The translations under genes and the position numbers were made by a program. Positions 25,568-39,130 of a stretch of DNA of 64,000 nucleotides are shown here, piece by piece; the first letter of the stretch is position 1, and the number at the start of each line of letters is the position of its first letter. The notes under the pieces were generated by a model, which searched no databases, had not been told where the DNA came from, and saw only the letters and a program-made list of their open reading frames with translations. This stretch comes from Nageia nagi. Lineage: Eukaryota; Plantae; Pinophyta. The stretch spans positions 148,676,001 through 148,740,000 of the forward strand of contig JBITNC010000001.1 of assembly GCA_050084985.1 (NCBI GenBank), read 5' to 3'.

Positions 25568-27460
25568 GAAAGAAATTATATTAATGTCCATGGATGACCA
25601 AAGTAGATCAAGAAAGTCAGAGGCTTGTATACAAAAACAGTATGGAGGCCTTTGAAATAAAAACTGCTTGGGAATAATGAAATGAAAGGGCTTTCTAAAG
25701 TACGAAAATTAAAAAAGACCTTAGGAGTCAGTGGACAAGCCAAGCATCCTAATCAAATGCAAAGCCTAAAATTTAAGCAGTTGTCTAATTATCGTTCTTA
25801 AGACCTGCTTACCCTTTTTCTCTAAGCACATCCTGCTTTAAATTATTGAAGACATTCTTGTAAAAGATCATAGTATAAAGCTTGGCAAAAAAGTGTCCAA
25901 CCATGATATGTATCTAGTTATTTCAATCCAAACTGTCTCCAAATTTGTGGATAGGAAAATAATATGCTATGACCAAGTATAAGGGAAGCCAATACGAACA
26001 ACATCATGAAACAAATCTAGGATAGATGCATAAGTGAATTACATACATTAAGAAACTAAAACATGAAGTCTCTCACAAACAGTTGTGTTGCTGGAACTCA
26101 ATTTCTTTGTAGCTCTCATCATGTATTCGAAGAGAAAACATAATAAAATGGAGGCAAGGAAACACAAATAATAGGTTTGTCTAGCATATCAAAAATGGAA
26201 TTAGCATGCAAACCCCAAGACTGGGGATGAATAATACTAAATAGACAATACATTTTTCTCAGTAAAGGGACTTTTGGAGTGCGTCGTGGAGCTCCAACTA
26301 TGTAGACTCAGAGGCAAGAAATGCTCGCCTCTTGAAGGAGACAATAACACTTACTGCAAGTGGGATTGACAACACCAGGCTCATGGCACAAACAAAAGGA
26401 AGTCTTCAATTCAAGGATTTACACCCATCATAATAACAACACATTATTGAACCAAAGTTAAAAGGCTTTCTACCTTCATCTATGACATACAAAAGCTTAT
26501 TAATGGCAATTGCCGTGAATGAAAATTTAAAGGTTGAGTTGGGCATCATAGTTATGAATGTGCATTATAATAAATTGGAGAGAGATAGTTAATAGGGAGC
26601 CACCAGGACACCTACTACTCAATCAGCATTATCATGTTCATATTCCCGTTTCCACCTTCGAAAAAAATTTAGCCAAAAACAATACTGATGAGTATGTAAA
26701 GGCTGCAAGATCAACAGAGGAAAGTTGGTACAAACATCGAAATTTAGTCATGGGCTTAAGGTACTGCTTGCAGTAAATATTTGATTACACAAATGAACCC
26801 ATGGAAGTGTTGAAAGCCAGTCTATCGAGGGCAAGAAGACCGTGCAATGCAAATGTAGATTCTCGAATAAGCTTCCCATAAGTTGTAACCATTCTTCTTA
26901 ACATCGTAGAAGGAAGAAAAGGTCTGCAAAACCTTAGCAGGCTTTTCAATTATTGAAAGGAAACAACAGTGTAAATTGATCAATATGAGAAGTCTTGACA
27001 AAAATATCCATGACATTAAAGAAACATTGCCAAGCTATGATTCAAATGTATCATGGATCTCAAAATGATTTGCTCATATTATAACAAGTTGACAGTGGAG
27101 AAGGTTCTGTGATTTCAATTATAGATTTGGGATCTCAAGTCAATTTGATTACGATGGCAATGAGGCTGGATAAGCTAAGTTGGAGAATATCTTTCCTTTT
27201 TGTATTTTATGATTTGTATTTACCTTCACACCCTAACTTCACTTGATTGTAATCAATAATTATAGACTTTTCTTGTAAATCTTCTCCTATTGAGATGGCA
27301 TAGTTTGCTGCAAGTCTCGTCAGTATATTTCTCTGCATGGCAAAACTCACTGCAGCATTTTCTAACTGCATGTAAACAGGAATAATTGAGGAATATTCAC
27401 ATGTTGATTTCTGGGGCAGTTCTGCATGTACTTGGTCTAATGCAGCCTGCACATATCCTC
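25568..27460 (-). mobile_element. Decayed L1 LINE 3' portion
   Basis: Carries the shared 3'-terminal motif at 25568-25630. Weak RT/C-terminal L1-like translations, e.g. ANYAISIGEDLQEKSII, resemble FCxASGxxIxxxKS. Confidence 0.5.
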
Positions 27461-28986
27461 ATCCTTATACTAACTAGTATACAAATACACTAACAAAGAG
27501 TGTAGAACAACGAGTTCCAGAACCATAATTTCCTTTACTTGTATATGATTTTCCCCATTGCAGTTCACATATATAGCTAATGTCATTTTTGGTAACAATC
27601 ATTGAATATGTTATTTTCCCCTTGCAGTTCATTTATGTGGCTCATATCACTCTTTGGTATCAGCAACTTCAATCTTGGGTTGTGAGTAGGACCTTCATCC
27701 TAAAGCTCACTAGAACTGGCAAAACCCCCTTCCTAATCCTCTCCTCCAAGCATTATTCTTTTCATTTTAGCAAGTTCAATTATTCTCTTCATAAAAAAAA
27801 AATGATCGGAATAGCATGATAGATAATTTATAGACAATATCGTCTCAATGTAGTCATTTAAAGGATCATCATCTGTTACCCATACTATCTAACCTCTTAA
27901 GCCTTATGCTTTACTCTCTCTGAGTTTTCACCTCTTAGGTCTACTATGTTGTAATATTTGTTTTCTTGGTTGGTATTTATGATGTCTGTTATTATAGACG
28001 CCAATTGATTTGGATTTATTTTAAGAGTTTATAGATTCTACCTTTTATGTTGTTTTACTAGATTACGGACAAACATACAAAAGGAATATGGAGAGAGGCC
28101 AGAAAAAATTCAAAAGGAAAAAAATATGTACACATTGTAAATAATTGCGCTCCTCTTGGGCAGGCAGAACATGCAGATAACAGACTGACAATTTAGAGAT
28201 ATTGCCAAACAAAAAATTCAACCAAATAGCAGGGAACAAAAAACTCAAGTTTGTAGTTGACATCTCAGTTCACACCACAGATCAAGCAAATGTCTTTGAT
28301 CTTAATGATACACTTCATGTGAAGGTGTGCTATACATATACGATATATCACCTTCCCTGCAAAATTGCAAGATTGGAGCACAAGAAATTAGTGACAATGA
28401 GCACTGACACATTTAAAGAAGGTGATAGAAGGTGAAACCAGTGAGTTAATTGAAATTTGGACATTCAATTTCCACCAAGAAGATAAAAGCCCCTTACAGC
28501 TAAAGAATGCTAAAAGCTACTAGCCTAGAAAGATTTAGTATTCTTTTAGTTGAAAACAAAGAGAAAGATTGAAACACCTCAGCTGAGAATCATATCATGG
28601 AGATCTGGCCTCCCTTGAAATGGGCTAAACAACAAATGGTATTAAATGTTCTGAAAATATAGAATAATGATGAAAATACATAAAGGATGGGCTACATATA
28701 TCTTAAGGAGATCCCTTGTTCAAGAACATGTGTCATTGTGTCTTAATTCAAAATCCCTTCCTTTATGAATAATGACTTAATTAAGCCTGAACTCAATTAG
28801 CCCAATACAAAATAAGCTTTAAGCCTAATGATCTGGAATTTGATTTCAGATTTAAAAATTGTGTTTTCCATTTCAAAACTTTGATTTATGCTATGGCGAT
28901 TTGGCAAATTGATCTGCCAACCTGGTGATTTGGCATTATATCAACCTGTCAATGTTTTCTACACTTGGCTTTCACTAGTGTTCTCT

Positions 28987-31480
28987 GATGTATTAGAAAC
29001 CAGCAAGCACACAGTAACAGAATAGCAGAAAATAACTCAGAAACAACACAGAGATTTAACATCAAAAAACCTTGCAATGTGCAAGGAAAAACCACAGGAC
29101 AGATGGCAGCTTAAGTCTTTATTACTTTTAACTTTCACCGTATACAAAGACAAGGGGTCTAATCCCTTTTATAAGAAAAATGGGAAGATTTCAACTAACC
29201 CCACACCCTACTTAATAATAGCCATGTGTTATCTAAAAATATCATTGTACAGACAAATGAGGATCGTCGGGAGATGCATTACCACACTGATGCACCCATG
29301 CACCACCATGTAGAAGACCATTGGAGATTTAGATATTGACTTCACTTCCTAAAATTCTACCACTTGAAGTCTATATACAGGAATTCTTTGCCTATTTCAC
29401 CCATCTTAGCTGCAAATTTGCCCAATGCTGCCTTCATTACCTTTTCAACAAGCCCAAAGGAGTTACACACCTACCAAACTTCTCTCCATAGTAAATAGCA
29501 ACATTAATATCCACTTTGATGTAGTCCAATGCTCCCTATCAGGATTCGCCATGAACTGTCTTACAACTCCCATTGCTTGGGCAATGTCTAGTTTGATGCT
29601 CACCATGGCGAACAAGAGACTTCCTACTGCTGATGAGTTCGATATACGAGACATCCTTGTCTTCTCTTCTTCTCTACTAGGACACTTTTCAGAAGACAAT
29701 CTGAGGTGTGGAGGAAGGGGGGTAGTAACTAGTTTTACATTCTGCAAACTGAAGTGTTGTAGTATATTTTCTTCATATGATTTTTGACTTAACCAGATCT
29801 TCCTTCCTATTTTGACCTTTTATAACCTCATCCCCAGAATTAAGTTTGTTGCTCTAAAATCCTTCATATCAAACGTCCTTGCCATATAAGCCTTGCAATC
29901 ATTGATTTTCAACATGCTAGGGCCTGCAACTAACATCTCATCAACATACAACAGCAAAATAATGAAGCTACCATTATCAAATCTCTTATAACATGCACAA
30001 TGGTTAGTTTCACTTCCGTTCAAACTTTAGCTCTTGATGTAGGTGTCAAATTTTCTATACCACATCCTTGGCGCCTATTTCAAAACATATAGAGATTTAT
30101 GAGTTTGCAAACTAAATTCACTTCACTTCTTTTTTCATAGCTCTTAGACTGATCCATAAAAATCTTTTCCACAAGATCACCATGCAAGAAAGCAATCTTT
30201 ACATAAAGTTGCTCCAGCTTTAGATTATGTGCCACAAGTAAAACTCTAACAATAGTTAGCTGCAGAATTGATGAAAAGATTTCATTAAAATCTATACCTG
30301 ACTTCTACACATAACCTTGTCCTACCAAGCAAACTTTATGTTCACTTTCATCCTTATTTATATCTACTTCAATAGGCACAACCTTAGGTTTTTGTTGTTT
30401 CTCCTTCCTTTGCATGGATTTTGCATTAACAATAGCTTCCCAACTAATAATTTCATTGTGGGCAGTAGGAACCCACAATCTATTCCACTTTACTATATCC
30501 GCATAGCTGAGAAAAACACAACGTTTACCAATACCATCATCCATCTTGATCCTTATGTGTCCTATTCACAAATAAACCATCATCACCCAAGTACACCATC
30601 CCAACATTATAAAGTTGATAATTAACAAACCAGTCACTATGAGAAGACATGGAAAGATGCACCCGAGTCCAAAACCCAAGTATTTACAAGAAGATTTGTT
30701 GTTACTGATACAAAAAGCCTCACATGTTACCATCTCTTCTATTGTACTAGCCTCAACTGATGGTTGATTCTGCTTTTCACCATTTTGTTCCCTCTTTAGA
30801 TGCCAACAATCCTTTTCAAGTGTCTTGGCTTCCCACAAAGCCAACATTTCCCTTTCTACTTCTGTCCTTCTGACAAAAGATCTCGACTACAATCTTCCTC
30901 TCACAGCTAGGGCTTCATTGGTAGAGGGTTCCAAAGATGATTTTTGCCTCAACTCGTATCCCAATAAAAAACCTATCACGTCATCAATATATTTAGAGTT
31001 CCTAATGATGCATTGTTAATGGTCATCACCATGATCCCAAGTGTCTAGGAGGGAACAAAGTAGAGTGATTGCTCTATCCTCATCATCCATCTTCACATTA
31101 ACAAAAACCAATTTACTGATTAGGGTATTGAATACATTCAGATGATCTACATCAAAGCCTCCTGCATTTTCAAACTATAGAGTTACTTCTTCAAGAAGAC
31201 CTTGTTTGTAGTCGTTTTAGTCTCATACAACTTCTCAAGCTTCTCCCAAAGGACTTTTGAGGTCTTCTCTTCAACAATATTGAACAATACAGAGTCTGCT
31301 AGACACAAACTAATTATAGAAATGACATTCCTATCCAAGTTTGCCCGCTCCTCCTTTGTCATATTGCTTGGCTTATTCACAACCCCTTTCAAGGCTAGAG
31401 CTTGGTTGTTCTGACCCAACAAATCCTCCATCTTCATCTTCCATATAGTGAAGTTACTACCATCAAACTTCTCATTAAAG
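28987..31480 (-). mobile_element. Internally deleted Ty1/copia, Tork/Tnt1-like
   Basis: gag MKMEDLL...LCLADSVLFNIVEEKTSKVLWEKLEKLYETKTTTNKVFLKK. RT pieces FIILLLYVDEMLVAG, FDMKDF, and SSAVGSLLFAMVSIKLDIAQAMGVV..NPDREHW. An LTR-like segment lies at ~28987-29340. Confidence 0.85.
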
Positions 31481-31761
31481 GCGACCTAGTGACTCATCAA
31501 TGGCAACCTAGTCATTCATCAACGGCAACCTAGCAACAATTTTCATATTTGATCATACTTTTGATTTGGAGATGTGCAACAAAGATTGGGGATGTTGATT
31601 TGGTGATTCGACGATTTGTTGATTTGTCAAAATAAGAGTTGGACCTATTGACTCAAGGATTGCTACCTTACTAAGTCAAGCCATAAGCAGTTGTTCTTTA
31701 GGACAAAAGATGACATCAACATTCTAAGATGTCTAGCAGAACACAAAGGTTACATATATCC

Positions 31762-32420
31762 AAAAAGAAAAGAAAAAAAGTATATTAATGTCCACGAGTG
31801 ACCAAAACTGGTCAATGGAACTAGCATGTACAAGTCTAATTACAAAGCTAACGACACCCCTATTGGGTCCATCCCTAAAAAGCATAAACCATAAATAAAT
31901 ACATTCACACAAAAAGATCCAACCCTAAAGAGAGGGAAAGACAAAAGGATAGGCAACCAAGGAAGGGTTGTTCTGACCCTCTCCAAAGGAGAGCCTATGG
32001 GAGCACTCCACCTCAAAGAGAGAACCTTAGGGGTCGTGCCCATGGTAGTGTTGTTGGAAGAGAAGAAGGATGAGAGTTGTCAAGTCCTCATCGGGGCCTA
32101 GGTGTCCTAAAGACTTCTTATGATACATTGTATGTAGTGCTAAGGGTCGTCTCATTGTCTAATATGATCCCCCTCAATGGAAGAAGCTTGGGAAAAGAGG
32201 TAATGCAACAATCCCCTATCGAATATTTAGTGCAAAATAGAAGACACTTCTGTAGGAGGAAGGTCTCTCCAAAATATAGGGCTAAGCACACTGATTAGAA
32301 TAGTTGAGGAATGTTGATAACAACTTGTGTGCGTCACGAAAAAGGCAATGGTATTGACTTTAGATCTCATAGGAGACTGAGCATAGGAAGATGAAGTGGT
32401 CTTTAGTCTTGTTCTCAATA
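31762..32420 (-). mobile_element. 3' end fragment of the same L1-like family as 3620-4135
   Basis: TATATTAATGTCCACGAGTGACCAAAACTGGTCAATGG at 31781-31818. The body resembles 3700-4130. Confidence 0.55.
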
Positions 32421-33500
32421 GAACTAAGGTGGCAAACGCGTGAATCGCAAGCTAGGTGATGGTCCATCTCAATCGTCAACTAGTGGAAGCTAATTTGAAA
32501 CTGCCCAAGGAACATCCTCAATCCAAGAGGGAGGTGTAGACTAATGTAATCAAATGGGAGAATCAATCTTTTGTCTGATCGTTACTACTAGGAATCGAGA
32601 AGTTGAGCAATTGACAAGAATGTGAACCAAATGGGACATTTATGCATGCATGCGAATTGACCAAGATGAAACGATTCAACTACAGAATCATGGAGGAAGA
32701 TTGAATGTCACTTGAAGTCCATAAAAGGGAAAGAGTTGTTGGAAACAAGAACCTTTTAGATCTTAATCTTTTAAAAAAATCTTCTCATATGTTATCCTTA
32801 ACTAGAGGAGTTGGAATTTGGAGATCAGAGTTTGAGTTCTGGGAGTGAGGTGAAGAAGGGAAGAGATGCAAACTAAAGGCATTTTATGACAATTTTAGCT
32901 CACCAAACTTGAATTGGTAGTGTGTTCTACTATTAATACATTTTGAGGCTATGTAATTGTCTCATTTGTTTGTGCTTAATTCATTTTGAGCTCTCACAAT
33001 GATTGTTACCCATTTGGGATTTTCCACTATAAATGTGGTATTTTTGTGTGTGTTTAATTGGGATTGATGATTGGAAATCGTTATTTGTTTTGTGTGTCGA
33101 TTTCATTATTTCACTATTTGTTTCCACTTGTCAAAAAGTGAACACTAAAAAAACTTAATTCCACAAATTAAAGAATCTATAATGTGAAGTGAATTTGTAG
33201 TTTCAACACTCGATTGCAAAACAAATGGTATCAAAGCAATCCTTCTTTGTGGAATGTGTATATTTAGGGTAGAAGATCACTACGCAAAGAATTATTTCCT
33301 TACAACCCCGAAGTTGATTGTAATAGGAATACATCAATGATGACTAAAGCGAGCATGAAACAGTAAACATTGTCGACTAAGGAGTTAGGTCCATGATTTC
33401 TAATCATGGAAAGCACTCTACATAACTTGATGGAGATGATGCAAAGGAGCTTACTAGGTTGGAGGAGAAAGAATCTAATGATGTGAGATCCTTAGCTAAG

Positions 33501-33716
33501 AAAAAGGGCAAACTTCTACCTCCAAATTCCTAGCCTTTGATAGCGGACCCATTCAAGTTGGAGGTGAGGTTGGATATTCCGATCTACAGTGGAGAGCTAG
33601 ACCAAAAAAAGGGCAAACTTCTACCTCCAAATTCCTAGCCTTTGATATGCAGATCCATTCAAGTTGGAGGTGAGGTTGGATATTCCGATCTACAGTGGAG
33701 AGCTAGACCCAAAAAA
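33501..33716 (+). repeat. ~105-bp tandem duplication within the gypsy gag
   Basis: Two copies of AAAAAGGGCAAACTTCTACC...GGAGAGCTAGACC, joined through an A-run microhomology. Confidence 0.9.
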
Positions 33717-34743
33717 GTTGGATGGAATGAAATTGGAAGTGTACTTCAGCACAAATAACTAAAAAAGCAGAGAATCAGATTTGCCATATTGAATCTTGGA
33801 GGCCATGCTCTCACATAATGGGAGGCGCATGTTGTTGGCATGGCATTTAATAAGCAATTGTCGATTCAAACCTGGAAACTATTTTCTACTATCCTTAAAA
33901 AGCAGTTCTATCCTATCAAATATCAAGAGAAACTAGAAGAGAAGCAACAATTTCAAAGGTAGAAACAAACTCCAAATGTTAAAACTACACCAAATTTTGG
34001 AAGCAAGTGGTGTTGTTGAACATCAATTTGCACGATCCCAGATACTGAAGAAATTCAAAGGAGGTTTGCATTCTTACCTTATGATGGAATTGGCACTTTT
34101 TAATGTGATAAACATTGATGAGACATGTGTTAAGGCCATGTACCTGAATATGAGAAGTCTAGACCCAAAGCAAGATAAATCGGTACCAAGTCAAGCTTAT
34201 TATGCATGAATTGTCAAAAAGGTGAAAGGTTCCAAGACCCTAACTAAAAAAGCTTCTACTATCATGCCAAAGGGATACATTATGACCATTGTGTTTTGGA
34301 TGGCCATACCACAAAGCAATGTTGGAAATTGCACCCTAGGAAGAAGCCCAAGTGTTGTGCCCTACACAACTCGCCCCAAAATTTTGCAATTTTGGAGACC
34401 CTCTACAACTTACACTCATGTGACACCAATTTGGCGTGATCCCTCCTTGTCTCCGACTAACCAGACACTATGTTTATCTTCCCATCACCTAAGCGAGTCC
34501 AACCACCCAATCTTGGTCATGTCATCAAAAAAAAAGCTAAAACCCTCGAAAATTGACTAAATTTGGAAAATCTAAGTCGAGTTTAGGTGAAACTGGGAAA
34601 CTTGTGTCAAGTTAGAACCAAGCAAAGCGAGTTTGGGTCATTCCTAGGCCTGGCACATGCTCCAAAAAGCGTGCACTTGGGCCAGGAAGATGCCCGATTT
34701 GGAGTTCAAGTCCGGAAAAACACATTGGGTCACTCCTGGACCC

Positions 34744-35594
34744 GGCGCATGCCATGAAAAGACAAAATTTTATCTTTTTGGGCATGCGCCAAGTTCAAGG
34801 GGATACCCACAATGGAATGAAGGCTCGAAAAAGTTGATTTAGAGCATTTCAAGGCAGCACATGCCTCAAATAGACAACATTTTGTCTTTTGAGAGCATGC
34901 ACCTAAGCTAGAAGGCTGCCAGGATGAGCTTGGAGTGTAGAGGATCGAGATGCACCTGACCAAAACACTGGCACATACCTCAAAAAGACAAAATTTTGTC
35001 TTTTGGAAGCATGCGCCAAGGGCAGGAAGGCACACAGTTGGATTGAAACATGAAAATTGACTAAGGCATGGAGCCTCAAAGCCTGAACCTAGCTGTAGCA
35101 CGACTACAGGGGCTAATGCATGACTCAAAAAGACAAATTTTGACTTTTAAGAGCATGCACCAAGCCTGGGAAGGCACCAGGATGGAGAAAACTTGAAAAT
35201 TTGGCTAAGTCCCGAGAGCAGAAGACCAAAACAAAGCAAATCTGGCCACCTGCCAACTAGTGCATGCTCCATAAAGACAAGATCTTGACTTTCCAGATCA
35301 TGCGCCCAAACTGGAAGAGCCAGAGAGCTGAGCATGCATTTCAAAAAGACAAAATATTGTCTTTTGAAATCATACACCAGGCCTTAAGGGTGTTTTGGGT
35401 CAGTTCATTCGGTGAAATTGGCAAGCTGGGACACTAGAAGAAGCGAAGACGGGCAAGTTCAGGTCACATCTTGCTCATGAAGGGTCGAGATGGAAGAGTG
35501 GGGAGCATGAAAAGATGGCAAACAAAGAGCAAGCATCTCCAAGGTGAGCGTATGCCCCAGAAAGACAAAATCTTGTCTTTTATGGGCATGCACC
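34744..35594. repeat. Array of seven ~47-bp palindromes separated by non-repetitive spacers
   Basis: Consensus approx. GGCGCATGC-n-AAAAGACAAAATTTTGTCTTTT-n-GCATGCGCC. Copies at 34744-34790, 34856-34903, 34970-35017, 35115-35161, 35259-35306, 35331-35378 and 35547-35594. Confidence 0.9.
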
Positions 35595-35747
35595 AGCCCT
35601 AAAGGAGCTCTAGGCCCCCCGCATCCAATCTCCAATGGCTTGCGAGCAAAATTTAATTGTGCACGCATCTCAAGGTCGACCATCTGGACGTCCGAGATCA
35701 ATTCCACCCTTGCCTATCGACAAGGGTTGCTTGGAAACCTAAAAATG

Positions 35748-35757
35748 CCTATAAAAA
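35748..35757 (+). promoter_or_regulatory. TATA box of the 34353-40240 element
   Basis: CCTATAAAAA lies ~155 bp downstream of the last palindrome and ~90 bp upstream of an ATG in GCACCATGA context (35842). Confidence 0.6.
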
Positions 35758-35841
35758 CAAACCTAGAAACTCATTTTTCCCAAATTCAAATTCGACTCCT
35801 CTTCATCACCCCAAAGAGCCCTCGTCACTCGCTAGGGCACC

Positions 35842-38800
35842 ATGACCACTTACAAGAGCAATTCAACCAAGGCCTATGCACGTGACTTGGAGACCATAAG
35901 ACAATATTGCATCATCACCATATGCGAGAGGCAAGACCCCTTGCCTCAAGGGGCCAAGTTCTCCAAGAACGAATTGGCCACTATCAGAGACACAAACTAG
36001 CAGAAGGTGGATCCCATGCAGATGAGGGAGAAGATTAGGAACATGCCAATTAGTGAGTTGAAACAAGATATTGTGTTCTTCTCTAGGCTTTCAAACTACA
36101 CCTTTGTCCCGTTCACAGCTCCGTTCCTAGAGTTCTGTTTAGAGGTCATCCAGCACTAGAAGAAGGGTGAAAGAGTGCTCCGTGCCATCAAGGGCAACGT
36201 CATCATGGATTTCAACCCCGAGGCCATCAAGACAACATTTCAGTGGACCTCAGAAGCCAGGTTTCAATATACTGAGGCAGAGTCGTTGGCTTGCTATCAA
36301 GATACCAACAGGGCAATTGTGGCAATTAGAAGTTGGATGTTGGATGAACACCACGGCCTAAAGGGGAATGCACTCATCAATGCCCCTTGCTCTCACTTCT
36401 ATCCCTCCGTGGAGTTGATGATCCTAATGTTGTTGAGGATCCTCGAAAAAAAGATGCATCAAAGTTCAAAAAGGAGTTCTTCGGTTTCATCATGAAGATA
36501 GCTAAAGGGAAGAAGATCAAGTGGAGCAAGGTGTTGAGTGATAGCATCGCAGACCAGCTGTCATCGTTGGGGACCACACGCAAGTTTTACCTCAATTCTT
36601 ATTTGATATACCTGCTAATTCATGGCAAACATAGGCCTACAACTGTAGGGGCGGCAAACCTTATTCAGAAGGGAAAATATGCAGTATGGAAATGCTACCC
36701 TAAGTGGAGGATCGAGAGAAGATGGGAGAACTTCACGATGAAGAGTGATGGATGGGAGTATGAGATCTACAAGGAGCTCAAGGGAGAAATCACAATTGCT
36801 AGGATCTCAAACTTAGCCCAAGATGCTTTGAGGAAGCATGGGGACTCCATCCATCACCAACATTACTCCTATATTCGACTTTATGGATCAGCCATAGAGC
36901 CATATCAACTGCCCCGATATATGAGAAACAGGATGCTCTTGATGGAGATGATGAGGCAATTGACCTACTTGCATGAGCACTTTTGGCAGAAGAAGTCAGC
37001 CAATTCAAATTTGTCAATCATAGTGGGGGAGTACCAGTGCAAAGCATAGGTGGATGTAAGTTCCATGATAGAGAAGTTGGGGAAGTACAACTTCAAGAAG
37101 ATGCCAACTGCCAGCCATTATGATCTTGAGCACAAAATCCACGACTTCTATATGAAGGAGAGGAATAGAGCTTATGAGCATAGGCCACTTAGAGATGAGG
37201 AACTGTTTCGGAACATCAGTAGTGAAGTGGAGCTAAAGAAAATTCGTGCCAAGATGCAAGAAGAGGCCCAAAAACAACAACAGGCAATGGAGGATTCTAT
37301 TGATAAGAGGTTGTCACAATCTTGGGGTAAGAAACAACAAGAATCCACAAAGTTACTCAGTTTCCACTAATCATTGAGGAGCCTATTGGGCAGTATGCAT
37401 ACATGCACAGGAGGAATCCAATTGAGCAGGTGGTGCAGCAAGTCAGAGACATTGTTGATGAGCATGATATGAGGGAGTTAGAGCATGTGGTGACCGACAA
37501 GGTGGTGAGATGCATTAGGAACAAAGAAGCAGATCCGTCATCGCCCCAAAGGCCACCAAGAGGAGCAACATCACATCCGTCCCAGGCCATTCCATTGTCT
37601 AGGTTTGAATTCTCAGGCCATTTATCGAACCTAACAACACCCCTGAGAGAGGACAAGAAGATGAGCAAGAAGATGGTGATCATGAGAGCCTGCTTGGAGA
37701 AGGGGAATATGAGAGCATTTCGGGGGAAGAGACAGATGAAGAACCAGAGAATGGGCATGCAACTAGTACTGGTCCCAGGGAGGATATTCATGATGCCCAA
37801 GGAGAGGATGAGTCCTTGGAGATTTTGAAGGTAGTCCACAACCATGCTACCTTAGAGCCTTCAACATCTCGAAGGAAAGGCAAAAACCCAACCCCTAAGT
37901 CAGTACCGAGAAGAGTTTAGTTGAAGAAAGAATCTCAATCTAGATTGTCAACGGCATCCGGGGAAGTTGCAGAGCAAGAGGAAAGGCCTTTGAAGAGAAT
38001 CAAGAAAAACGCCATCACTATTGCAGAAGTAGTTGTTGAGACCCATCAACCTTCACCCAATCATGAATGAGGTGTGGACATGGACAAGTGCCTTGACATC
38101 TTTAACATGGACGTTGCGGAGGAGTTCGGGGCTAAGGAAGCCAATGATCAGATCGGGGAGAGCTCTACTCGCTTGCGGAAGAGACCTATGTGCACATGAC
38201 TAATAATGCAGTATACATTAAGACTTTAGTGGTTAACAAGGACAACCCCAGTTCCCGAAGACTTGAAGCAAATCAATTAGATCATCCATACAGGTCCCAT
38301 TGGCGTGACTGGTAGGAAGCATGCAATCATCTCAAATACAAAGGCAATCGTCAAGGACAGGTTTTTGAAGTAAAGAGCCTGAAGAAAGAGTTAGCCACCC
38401 AAAAGAGATTGACTCGTGAGCTTAAGTCCGCCAAGGTACCCATAGAGGAGCTCCGGAAGGTGAAGCCCCTCAAAGAAGGTATGATGGAGGTAAAACAGAA
38501 AATGATTGGTGAGGTCTTGACAATATTGAGGCAATTTGTTGAGGCCCTTCACAAGGTCTCACTCGAGGAGGAGAAGCTGAAGAACATCATGACTGAGAGG
38601 GTCACGCTCCTCATGATTTTAGACTCCCGAAGACCCATGATATTGAGATTTGAGGCAACGCAGGCTCAGAGACCCGAGGATGCTAAGTTTTGTGAGGATT
38701 ATTGGTTCTACTCGAGCGTGATCAATCAGGTGCTCACCTGTTTTCAGAAGACTAAGAAGGAGGTGGCCATGATCAATAACAAGGCCCACTCGTGTATTGA

Positions 38801-39130
38801 GCAGATGGATTTTCAGGTTCAATTCTTGGAGGAGGACACCACCATCCGGGAGGCTAACATGGTAGTGACAGAGGGCAGACACCACCTTCACAACTTGATT
38901 CTGACAGAGGACGTGAACTCCTACCAGTCCGGGAGTGACTTGAGGCACATGCTGCAAGCTCATACGTTGAAGGCTGAAATGCAGAAGCTGGTGGACGAGG
39001 TTGAGGACAATGTTGCTATGAGCATACCGAAGTTTTTGGAGATGTTGCGAGGATTGGAGCTCACATCGAGATTCCTAGCTGATGGCTTCGAGGACCAAGT
39101 TGCAGGTCTAGGCCCAACCATTGGCCTAGA
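35842..39130 (+). pseudogene. Decayed ~1,100-codon accessory ORF (N-terminal globular domain, charged linker, C-terminal coiled coil) inside the solo-LTR-like element
   Basis: ATG 35842 (MTTYKSNSTKAYARD...) is in frame with ORF 36175 through two TAG stops. The frame shifts at an A-run near 36450 into ORF 36387-37049 (IKWSKVLSDSIADQL..FYLNSYLIY..YIRLYGSAIEPYQLPRY..RMLLMEMMRQ). It reads through a TAG into 37050-37370, then continues in pieces to the coiled-coil ORF 38409-~39130. Confidence 0.75.

Noticed and set aside
34744-35594. CRISPR array (palindromic repeats with unique spacers)
   Set aside because: The context is a eukaryotic retroelement, the repeats are degenerate, spacer lengths range from ~25 to ~170 bp, and there are no cas-like ORFs.
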